Shown in pieces: positions 30,001 to 42,000 of a stretch of DNA of 64,000 bases. Position 1 is the first letter of the stretch. Each line of letters begins with the position of its first letter. Source of the stretch: an uncultured Planctomycetales bacterium (GTDB lineage Bacteria; Omnitrophota; Gorgyraeia; Zapsychrales; Fredricksoniimonadaceae); the NCBI GenBank assembly GCA_964520655.1, contig CAZFNI010000010.1, forward strand, positions 371-64,370, in the 5' to 3' direction. The position numbers and the translations under genes were made by a program. The notes below the pieces were generated by a model that ran no database searches, was not told the DNA's origin, and saw nothing but the letters and a program-made list of their open reading frames with translations.

Positions 30001-33000
30001 TTGGCGCATCCGTCGTGAAGTGGCAGGATACACCGGATGTGAGAAATGCCCTTGAGGTCATCAAGGCAGCAGGGGAAGATATTTCGGATGTCACTTATGT
30101 CAAGGGTGAATACACGGCTCCGCTAAAACCATCAGCCCAGATCGCGATCGTGCAGTTGGCTACGGCGTTTGACCAGACAATTGAGCAGGCGGCGCAAGGG
30201 CGGCCTGTTTTGGCGGCAACAGCTCAGCAGATCAGGAACCTGGCGCGCGTGGCTATGGTGGCCGGCTATAAGGCAGAAGAACCTGATTATGTGGATCATG
30301 TGATCGCCCTCATGCCGCAAATTGAGCAGATCGAACGCGCGGTCTTTGCCTTACCGCAGGCACAGCTGGTTTTGAAGGTTGTGGAATATAATGGAAAGCC
30401 GGCGGATATTTCTTCCGCCCGCATCGTTGTTGACCGTTTAAAGCAATTTGAAACCACAGGCCAGATCGAGCCCGCCCAGGTCAAAGCGGTCTTAAATGTC
30501 GCGCCGAAATTAACGAAAGCCCAGCTGGATGACATGTTGAATTTACGCCAGGTCAGCCAGATCGCGTATCAGACGGTTCGCCAGGAAATGGCCATCTTAA
30601 AGGGCAGCCTCCCGGCAAAAGAGATCATTCAAAACAGAATTGCACAGTTGCTGCCGGCGTCGGTTAGAGGCGCGGCAGATATTAGCCGCAGCATTGCCGA
30701 TGCTGTTGTTGCCCCAGGTGCCGATCAGGTGGAATTGCCGGGCATCAGCGAAGCTGAACACAAGGTCATGACCGCGATCATTAATGATCCGCAGATCAGC
30801 GCGATCGGTTCTTTGGCAAGCGTGATGGATATGGGCGCAAAGAAAGCCGAAGGTTCCGTCGATCAGGCCCAGGTTTCTACAGCCATAAAAGTAATGGCCG
30901 CAGCCGCGGCTGCATCAACGGTGCTGTCGATCCCCAGCGCAACATCTCAACGGGAAATCAATCAGGTCTCACCGGCTGTTGTGGCGCCGGCACCCGTTAA
31001 GATCAGAGAGGTTGTGGCTCCGGTGATGGTGGACACAATGGTCCCGCAGGTGATCGCGCCGACCCAGACAAGATTTGACGTCAGCACGCCGGTCATTGAC
31101 AGGTTCAAGGGAGGGGTTGTCATCGTCGCTGTTGATGTGACAACAGGCAAACTAAGCGGCATTGCGCAAGTTGTCCCCGGCATTGACGGGCAAGTGGAAT
31201 CCTTCAAGAAAAGCCTTCCGAATGCCGAGAGCGTAAAATATGAAGTCTTCTATTCAGGTCCGCGTCCAAACTTTGTCAGCACGGTGATCAATAAGCTGGA
31301 TATCTTAAAGTCAGAAGCCAGACAAGTTGGCGGCGCATCTGCTCCGGCCCAGTTCATGGTGAAGGCCAATGAACAAGGGCTGTATGTTGTGAACTCTAGA
31401 AATGATAAGATCCATGAATACCGCTACAGCAGCAAAGGTCTGGAAAAAGCCGATCAAGCCATGGCTGCGGTCGCAGAAGTGGTTATAGAGAAAGGGATCG
31501 CGCCGGAAATATTGGCCAGGGGAGGCGCGGAATTAACCGCTGCATTAGGATCTATCGGGTTGACCGGGAATGAATTAGATGCCGTGAAGTTATCCGTTAA
31601 TCAAGTCAATCAGGACCGTCCGGCTGTTACGGCCGCGGTACAAAGAATTGAAACCGCCCGTGCTACCGGCGATACCCAAGCGGTCACGGCCGCTGTTGGG
31701 GCCTTAAATGAGATGTATCAAGGGAAGGTCCCAGAGGCTGTGTTAACAGCGCCGACGGTGCGCGGCATTCGTCTGGATGACGGTACCAGTGTCCCGGCGG
31801 TGTATAATGCCCAGCAAAAAGCCTATATCGCGGTTGCCCAAACACCTAAAGCACGCATCGCGTTGAATGCCGGCATCATCGAAACGACCTATCGCATTGT
31901 GCCGGCAGCTAAAGGCGACTCAAAACCGGAAGCTGTGATGTACACCTTGGAATCAACGCCAGCCGTCAACAAGGCCTATGCCCAGGTGATCGCGTCGTTA
32001 ACGGATCAAGAAAGAGTACAGTTGCCTCCAAGTACAGCCAAAACGATCAAGGCGACCCCACAATTGTTAGGTCGTATCTTCAATGTTCAGATCGCCAATG
32101 CTGTTAATGAACTGATCGCCGGAAAATCCTTCGAGAGCGTCAATGACGGCCGTATGGGGGCATTGCTCAATCAAGCGTTGGCCTTGGCTCAGGAAAACAA
32201 TGATACCGAAACTGTTGCCAAGATCAATGAACTTCAACCTCGCATTATTTTACTGCAAAAAGCGTACAGCGAATTAAATGCCCAAAGCGCGTTAGCCCTC
32301 AAAGTCGCATTATTGAGCAAAGATCCTCGAACGATCGCCCAGGCCCAGGCGGTTGTCGACCAATTGACCCAAATGAACGCCGACGGCCGCTACAGCAAAG
32401 ATGTGTTGACGCAATTGAAAGATGTTCAATTCCCGAAGATCAGTAAAGAAATGCTGGCTGTGTCGGTTAAGCTCAATGGGGCCAGCGCCTATACGGTTGT
32501 GATGTCCGCATTGCGCGGCCTGCTTGGGTTAAAGACTAAGGGCACGGATGCCCAGGATGAAGAAGCCGTCAGTCAGGCCATGAAAGATCCCGGCAAGAAT
32601 GACCAGATCACCGCGGCTATTGAAGAAGAATTAAGATCACTTGGCTTGACCGAGGGCATTAGCGATATTGCCATCGCCGTTGTCCAAAGCGGTAATCTGA
32701 AATTACTGCAAGGCATGACCAAAGAAGAAGCGCGTGCCTATGAAAAGATGATGCGCAGCCCGAATAATCAAGCGGTGGTCACTATTCTGGATTTCTTCGG
32801 ATTCAAGGGTGACGAGATCTTCGCCGGTGATAAAGCGATGGCAGTAAAGCCGCAGGAAAAAACGGCTGCCAGTATGCGCGAGATGTTCAATTTAGGCGCG
32901 GTAGGCAAATACATTGCCCAAGCCATAGGCCAGGGATACAAGACCAACAAGACCAGCGTGATCGCTTTTGATCCGGATGATCAAGCACAAATACGCGCCC

Positions 33001-36000
33001 TGAAAGACATGGTCATCACGATGGGCCGTAAACCGCTGGACATCACCTCGGCCAATATCACCAAGGCGGCAACCGATCCTAAGGCGTATGTGTTCTTAGT
33101 GCCCAATAACAAGGATATCCGGCGTGAACTGGCCAATGATCCAGAGGCCATGAAGGCGCTGGAATTGATCACCGATGTCCATGATAACAACGTCCGCACG
33201 GGAAGCGAGCTGTTCGCCGCGCAGGAAAAACTCATTAAAACGAATTATGTCGATCATTTGACCGGGATCGGCACGCAGGCGGAACTCAAACGCAGCGTCC
33301 AGGACATGATCAAGACGATGATGATGGGGACTTCATTAAGGTCCCGCGTCGCCCCGGCCAAAGAACCAACAGAGCGCAATGTTGCCTTCACTTATATCAT
33401 GTTCGACGGCAATAAATTCGGTTCGACCAATGTCCTCTTCGGGTTTGAGAATGGGGATGCGGTACTGGCCAAATTAGGCGAGATCGTTCGCGGCAATTCC
33501 CGTGAATCAGATATCTTGGTCCGCTGGGCGGGGGATGAATTCGTGATCGTTTTGCCGCAAGCCGGCAGAGAAGAAGCGGCCGCCTATTTGACCAAATTGA
33601 CTAAGGCCATTAACGAAGCCTCGTTCGTGCCGGAAGTCTTTGGCCGCAGCGCGGTATTAGAGAGATTACAGGCGAAACAGAATGATGACCTCTCCGAAGG
33701 CGACCAGGAAAAGATCCGTACCGGTTTGATCGCCCAGCTGAAGATGCAGAATCCCGGCAAGGAAGTCCCGGCGGATATGACCACTGAAATGGCTGTCAGG
33801 GCGATCAAGGCAGATCAATACGCCTTTGACCGCTGGATCGTTTCCATCACCGCCGGCGCAGCGGTGGTCAATAAATCTATTGAAGAGATGAAAGACAAAG
33901 ATCCAGAAAGCCTGCGACTGGAAGTGGAAAAAATGGCCGATACCGCTCTTGAAGGCGCTAAAGGCAACGGCAAAAGCTTTGATATCGTCAAAGACGGACA
34001 GCATTTTGTTTCCAATGAACCAACGGTGCTGGCGTTTGAGTCCAAAGAAGAACCTGTCGCGTATGCCGACCGCGTGGCTGGCCGCGGTGTGCTCGAAGGG
34101 TTAATGGATGAATCCATCCGCTGGGCGGAGAAGAATCATACCGTTCCTGTGCTGACCTATACTACAGGCGATCAGCTGGCAGGCATTAAAACATATTTGG
34201 CTAAGGAACATCCGGATAAAAAAGTTCGGAGCATCTATGATGCGAATTCGATCGGCGCGCTGGTCAATAATCCAGCGCTGTCACAGCAAGTGATCGTCAT
34301 CCCTGAGACGATGAAATTCAATTATCTAAAAGATTCTCCAGAGCTGCTGGCTGATTTTGAACGCATCACCGGTGTGCATGATGCCAAACTAACCGCTGAG
34401 GCCTGGTATGAATCTCAGCGCCGGGAGATCGATACTCCGGGGACAGACTTGTTGACAGGCTTGAAGAATAATGCCGGATTGAATCAAGCTGCCAGACAAT
34501 CCTTGAAGGAAATGGGCCGTATTATCGAGGCCGGGACCCCGGCCCGCATGGCCGCGGTTGTTGTCACCCTGCGTGATTTTAAGGCCGTCAATGACCTCTT
34601 CGGACATCATGCCGGCGATGCAATTTTAACGCTGGCCGGAAATTCTTTGAAAGCAGCGTCGCGCTTGACGGACAGCGAGGGACGTTTGGGCGGCGATAAA
34701 TTTGCCGCGATCCTGCCGAATACGGGAGAAGAAGGGATTGGCGCTTATGTCAGCCATGTGGTTGAACGTTTTAAGAAAGATCAGACACAGGATGCAGAAG
34801 TCGCCAGGATCTTAAGCAGAGACAATGTGGCTGACGTGTTGACACATATCTTGATGGATCCAACCACGACGGAGGAGAAAAAGATCAAGGTCTTGGGATG
34901 GGTGAAGACGCAGTTGAAGATCCAGAACCCCGGCAAAGAAGAGAAGATTGATGCGATTACAAAACTTTGGGATGCGATGAATGTGATCGACGAAAATAGC
35001 GACTTGACGTTCGACCGCTGGGTGATTGAATTAACGGCGGGCGCAAGCGGGATGACCCAGGTATTGCCGCAGAAGATCACCGATAAAGACGGCCGCCAGA
35101 TCTATGAGAAATTGATCACGGAAGCAAAGACCGCTGTTGCCCAGGCACAGAAAACAGGGGAGGTCGTAAAGCTTGGCCAATTTGATATCGCCTTAGAGAA
35201 AGCTCAGGCCGCCAAGCAGGAAAGCAGCGACAAGGCCCAGATCGCACGGGAAAAAGCACAGGCGGCCTCAGAAAAAGCTATCGAGAATGCCCGTGAGGCC
35301 CGCGATAGAGCGCAGATGGCTGCATATAATTTCAGTGCCCTGCGCAGCGCGGCAGTCCGTGAAGGCAAGTCCTACTTTAGTATATTGAAGGATGCTGTTT
35401 CAAACGGCCGTTTTGCCCAGAAGGCTAAGGATTACGGGGAAAATATCCGCGCCAAGATCTTGGATAATTCCTCCATCGCCAGGATCTTAGCGGCGATCGA
35501 GCAGCATAGGGCCTTTTTGAATGACCACCTGCAGGCCGTCAGAGGCCAGGTATTTAAGAAAGACGGCCAGGTCGGTTCTTCCGTCCAGACTAGCGCCGAT
35601 TCTTCGCAGGATCCCAATGACGCCACATGGTTTGAATATTTGATCAAGAAGATCAAGGATGCCGCCGATCAGGTGGTCTTTATCCTGGCGCGCCGCACCG
35701 CTTCATTCTTTAAGCCGGTATTCACCGCGGCCAATAGTTTCGCCGAGAACGTGGATTATGCGGCCTTAAAGGGCACCCGCGACATTGTCCGGGGCGTGCT
35801 GGCCTTCTTTGATCTGAATTCTGACGCCAAGATCGTTGACGTTTTTGCCGGCATCATTTCCCGTAATAAGGAAGCTTTGGCCAAGGCCAAGAACTTGCGC
35901 ACGATGCTCGTTGAGATCATTGAGATCGTCAAGATCGGGGACAATGACAACGAGGAGCTGCAGGAAGTTCCGGCCGATGCCGCGCAGATCGCCAACACTT

Positions 36001-39000
36001 TGGCCGATCAGATCATCGCTAAGTCCGGTATTAATTCATCCGCCTCCGCGGAAGATAATATGATCTTGGCCGTAGATCGTCAGACATTCAATGCCTACAA
36101 AGCGCTGCATTTGGAATTAATGGCCGCGGCAAGCAATCCGGCAGAGAAAGATGAAGCCATCCAAGCTTCCACGCAATGGTTCATGCGCTGGAAGATCAGC
36201 CCGCTCAATGCCCAGATGATCGTTGCCGGTTTAAATAACGGTAAAGGATTCACAGATCTTAAATCCTTATTGATGATCGATAAGAAGGATTCTTACTATA
36301 AGGCCAAGGATATCCAGCCGGGCCACAGCGTTGAAGGTGTGGAAGAAGTTGAAGAAGTTGAAGAAGTCCCGGCGGCAGTGCAGCCTGCGGATGTTCCTCA
36401 AGGCCCGTCTTACGCCGATCAATTCAATACGGAATACGGCGCGGAAGAGACCCAGACGATCGATGTCGAACCAATGGCGCCGCCAGCACCAGCCGACCGC
36501 AACAATATCAATGATTTCGATAATGAATTGCCGGTCATGCCGCAAGCGCCGCTGCCGCCAGCACCGAATAATATTCTGCCTAAAGTCGGTCCTTTATCCG
36601 ACGCCACAAATGATGTGCAATATGATAATGTCATTGAACTCTCGGCCGTGATGGCTGCGGGCAGGAGAAACACCGCGAAGTTAGAAGGCGAAGGCGGCAT
36701 TGCCACCGATGCCATGCCGGCGACCGGAACAGGCGACGAAGCGATGACATCTGTCGATCCCAACGATCCTTTGAAAGATAAGAAAGCTGTATTGCCCCAG
36801 ACCAATAAAAGCGGCAAAATGCCGCTGGATGAAGGCGGCACCACCGCTCCCATGAGGACCCCGACACTGCCAGGACCCATCGGCAACCCTGTGTCTGTGC
36901 CAGGCACAGCTGCGGCGCAGCCCACAGGTCCAGTGGCTGCCAATAATCCATTAGAACCAGCAGCACCTGAGGCGCCCGCGCCCAACACAACACCGATGGC
37001 TCAAAATAGTCCTTCGGCCCAAAATACTCAGGCACGGGTTGCGGCACCAACACCTTCTCCTGTACCAACTCCGTCCGCGGCAGGCGGAGCCCCGGCTGTA
37101 CCGCGCGCATTGACTGGCCCGCAAACGCCGCTGGGAATAACCTATAATCCGAGTGCTGTTGGATCCCAGGCTGAAGCGCCGCCTCCAGGGGCCTCACAGA
37201 CAACAAGAACAGCTCCTGCTGAACCGGTCAGTGAGCCAATACCATTACAATCACCTATTCCAGTGCCCGCGCAACCTTCTGGGGCTGGGTCAGGCTTAGT
37301 ACCGATCGTTTATGCGATCAGGCAATTGAGATATCAAGTCACAGAACCAGTTCCTACCGGTTCAAGATTAAGGGGGTATAATCCGTTTGCCAGAGTGCTT
37401 TTAAAAACGGCGCCGGATCACGCCCCGGGTCGTAACCCATCTGTCAGCGATTTCTCCGATCGCTCCGACAGAAGAAATGTAGGAAATGGAGAAAATGTAC
37501 AAACGTTTGCAGTACAAGCAGTTGCAGCAAAATCAGTAGTTTCTGTAAAATTAGCAGAAAATGACTTAGCGCAAGCTATGTCATCAAGCAAAAGCAGCAC
37601 AAAAGCAGTACAAGCAGCAAATCGTAGCGCCGAAGTAGCAGCAAGTGTCAACGCAGTACAGGTAGTACGTAGTGTTGCACAAAGCAGTAGTAGTAACAAT
37701 GTCCAAACTGGTAATAAGTCCTCCCTTAGGGGTAGGATGGCAGCGCAAGTAGCAGAAGCAAGAGCTGTAGTGTCAATGGACATTATGGCGGAAACACCTA
37801 GATCTGACAGGACTGTTTATAATAACAGTGCCGCTGGTAATAGTAATAGCAGCAGAGTACATATAGGAAATACTGCATCAAGCCTACGTGCAAGAAGTGT
37901 GCGCATAGACTCTGGGCACGGTATAGATAGTGTAGGTAGACTGTCTAGTGCTAGGGCTATATACACAGATACTGCCATAGGTGTGAGTGCTCGAGATTTG
38001 CCAACCGGGCTTGCCGGGGATGGTCTGCGTATGGGGACTGTTTCTGGAGGTTCAAGAAGTGTTGGCTTCTATTCGTTATTGTCAAAACGAGCACTGACAT
38101 TCAGCCAAACTAATCTCACACAAGCACAATTAAGTATCATCCGTTTCATCCATCAAAAGGGGAGGTACGTATGGTTACCGAACTTAAAATTAACCACATT
38201 ATCCGCGTCCGCGACGACGACTCCAGGATCGCAACCGCACGCGACGCAAACAACAAGATCCACATTTACCGCATCAGCAAACTGGGCATCATCACCAAAC
38301 ATAACGGGCTTAAATCCACATGGGATCCTGTTGAGGCCAGGATCAAGGAAAGTCTCCGCATTCTTATTGACGCCGCAAGCAAATTCGGCCGCAGTTACAA
38401 GATCGACCACGTCTGATCCATCACTCAATTCTAATAATGTTTTTGATCATGCGCGTATTTGGCTAGCCAAACAAAGCCAGGGCCGCTTTGTGTTTGACAG
38501 GGCACAGCGCGCATCCTGGAAAGACGCGCTCCAATCTATCCGCAGAGATCTATGGCAATACATCGCTGTTGCGGTGGGGGGCGTGATCGGTTCTGCGGTG
38601 ACGGTTGTCGCCATAGAAAAGGGATGGATCTCGCCGCGGGCCATCGAGATCATCCGCGTCAATACCTGGATTGTTTTAGGCGTATATGCATTTAAGGTAT
38701 TGATCGACCGCGTTTTTGGTAAGAACGATCGATCAGCTTCTTCCAAAGAAGAAGGCACAAAGAACGACGAAGACAAGAAGATATTGTCCGTCGCCTTGGT
38801 TTTAGGCACCGGGGCGGCCTTGATGTCTGTTTTAGGATTTACACCTGACGCCGAGGCGGCGCAGGCGCATTTAACACAACACAACGGAGGTGCACTATGG
38901 TTAAGATCACCAACATCATCGACATTCCCAGCACTAACAGCCACATTGCCACGGCCAGGGATGAACGCAACAAGGAGCACATCTTCTGCATTACCGATGA

Positions 39001-42000
39001 CGGTCAGGTCTTTAAACGCAAAGGCCGCAGTAAATGGGAAGAACTTACGGGTGAGCGCGCCAAACGCGTTATCTATACCACCTACGAAGAGTTCTGCTCC
39101 AGCGGCGAGAAAAGACACAGCGTCGAGGGCTATGTCGGCGTTCCGCTCTTTATGGCTGCAAAATAATCTGCGTGATGTGGGTGGCATGACCTCGCCCCTG
39201 TTAGGAACAGGGGCCGGCCTGGGAATTGTTCTGTTGGGGCTTGGTTTAAGAGCGCGCCGTCTCAGTGGCGCGCTTGGGGCAGGCGGATATTGGGGCAATG
39301 TCAGTGACGACCTGGAGAAACAGATCAGGTCCGTTCTACCCCGGGCCAGGGACATTAAAGGCCGTCGCCTGCCGGTGGAATTCAACGGCGTGCCTGTTCA
39401 GCACAAGTATTTCGAAAAAGAGTTTTTTGAGAAAAAAGATGTTTCATTTATCTGGGCAGCTAAGAGCCGAGGGAAACTGGTCATTTATTTTTCTTCATAT
39501 GGGCTCTTTACGCAATTGACCCGAGAGTTCCCCCATGAAAAGGAGTTAGAGAAAGCGCTCGAGATGGTTTATTACCACGAGATCAGGGAACAATATTATT
39601 TATCACGCGGGTGGGGGCGCGGCGACAGCCACCGGTTTGCCGTGACTGGCACCCGTATCCAGTATCTGCGTGAGAAGGACATTCTCTCTAGAATAGAATC
39701 CCTGATCGATCCTCTGCCAGCAGCAGCTAAGGACCATGTGCGCGTCCACATTGGCAAGAATGACGCCGAGGAGCTGGATCTAGGCGCTGCGCGTGCCGAT
39801 GCGATCGTACGGCAGCAAAAGGGACGAATCAATATAGCTGTCGGCGGCGGGGAAACAGTCCCGGCACTCCTGGATGCCTGGGTGAGGTTGATCGCAGAGA
39901 ATCTGCCGCTCTACAAAAGCATCATCTCCAGGATGCATGTGTTCATGGTGTATGAATCCAGGAACAGCAACACGCATCAGGTGGTGATTGATAGATTCAT
40001 CACCCCGCTTAAGGCCATGGGCATCAGCGTTGACAGCAAACAGATCCATGCCGTAAATTTACAAAACGCGCATACGCTTGAGGAATACAAAAAGATCGCG
40101 AAGGATTACACCATCGCCATGAGGAATTCGTTAGGTCCCAAGGACCAGTTCGATCTGATCTTAAGCGGGGTTGGCCAGCACGGTGAATTCGCCGGTTTTG
40201 AATCCAATTCACCGGTCATTTATGCCGCCAAGCCGGTGATGATCGCCTTTGAGCGGCGTGACGGTGTTTTGATGACCTCACTGACACCGGATGTGTTCCG
40301 TAAGGCCAGGAACATTATCCTGGTATTGATCGGGCCCCATAAGCGCGGAGCGCTGCTGGATATGATCGCCCCCGAAGGGTCCATCGGTCAGTCCCCGGCC
40401 AGGGTGATCCATGAACAGTACTGGGGCCAGACGGACATTTACACCGATCGTTCTTCCAAGCGCTGGCCGCAAAAAGAATTTTTATTGGATGATGGGACTG
40501 TATTTTTCGCGGATGTGCATGAGGGGCTTAAAGGATCGGATGTGGTCATTTTTATTCCTGGCTTTCATGACCATAATTATGACCAGCAGTTCCGCGGCCT
40601 GCCATATGCCGAGACCATCGTTGTGCGCCGCGACGATCTGCCGGTGAGATTAGGCAAAGATGAGGTGATGGCGTATTACGCACAAAAGATCAAGGCGGTC
40701 ATCAAATATTATCAGGACCAAGGCCGCCGGATCAAAGTGGTGACGCATTCTGACGGGAATGAATTCTTTGGATATTTCCTGGCGCATGCCGCCATGGATA
40801 TTCAGCCGATCGCCGCGCTTGACCGCATCAGCCCATGGAATGCGGCGGATATCGCTTTTGTTATTGAGCGGTTTGCTCAACATAAGCTGGGCCCCGCGGC
40901 TTTTGGGATCGGTTATGTCTCCCCATTGCTGGCATCGATCATGAGCTCGTCCTGGGGATGGTTGCCGATGCTTGGGCCCGCGGCCAATGAAATGCTGCGC
41001 TCATTCATCGCTTCGAACATGGATGCCTTCAGCAGCCTGTTTGACCAGGAGGATGCCACGTTAAGCGGTCAGCTGCGCCGTGATGACCTGGAGTCATCCA
41101 TGGAGATCCCGCTGGAATTGCTGTTCGCGGAATTGTATGCCGTGTCTCATCAAGACAAGGAAGTCACGACCAAGGCACAGGAACGTCTGATCGCCTGGGG
41201 AACGTTCGTGACCACGATCGCGCCTAAAGAGGACAATATTAGCAATGTCAAACGCATCGCGGAGGAACATCAACGATTTATCAGCATGAAAGGGAAAGGG
41301 GAACTTGTTGAATTATCAATCGATCCTAAAGGCGGCAGTTCATTTACGCAGGCCCATTTTATTCACCGTTTTGCGGCGCGGGTGAATGCCTTGATCGCCA
41401 GATTCCCCGGCGATGAAACGATCGTGCCTTCTGCGGAGACAGCGTTTGAAGGGATACAGGCAGCCTTAAGCATATCAAGAGAGAAGGGCCATACATTACT
41501 GCGTATTCATTTTGGTCAGGATGAGATCGACGTGCGGGCGCTTGCGGCTAATGTGGAAGATGCACAGATATATATTGATGATCTCACGACCCACCAAAGG
41601 GTTGTCAATTACACCATTGACCAAACCCGCCGGTATTCAAGCTCGGTGACGCTGCGTTTTAAGGACGGTGAATTACCCGCGGCGTTCTGGATCAAGATCG
41701 GGCAGGGGATCGAGAACACCATCGTGACAAGAGGGGCGGTCGATAAGAAGCTTCGTCCGTATTCATTCTTTGTGACTAAGGATGCCCATGGTCAGCCGTT
41801 CCCGCAAAGTCCAAGAACCGCGGAAGAAGCGTATGGGCTGATGCAGTCATATCGGATATCTGACGATGAAACCCAGGACCATGCCATCAGCGCGTCAGGA
41901 CAGATACTGGCAAGCACGGTCAATAATCATTTTGCTGCCAGGTTTATCCGGCATGCCGATCTGATCCAAAAGATCAACCGCTATTTAGGCCGCGGCGACC

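Noticed and set aside
36419-37206. Minus-strand ORFs of 189 aa and 191 aa (36419..36988, 36631..37206), plus dozens of other 60-190-aa minus-strand ORFs throughout 1..49187
   Set aside because: They lie antisense to a frame carrying strong independent domain signatures. Their translations are low-complexity (Ala/Gly/Pro/Arg-rich) with no start context. They are typical antisense artefacts of a GC3-rich gene.
37470-38160. Diversity-generating retroelement, CRISPR array or other repeat-based system in the AT-rich island
   Set aside because: There is no reverse transcriptase, no template/variable repeat pair, and no regularly spaced direct repeats. Only short imperfect repeats (gcagtacaagcag x2) are present.
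38447-39385. 312-aa minus-strand ORF spanning the small-ORF island
   Set aside because: The product is Pro/Arg/Ala-rich with no recognisable motif and no RBS. It is antisense to two well-supported + strand small ORFs and a TM-protein-like frame. Most likely spurious.
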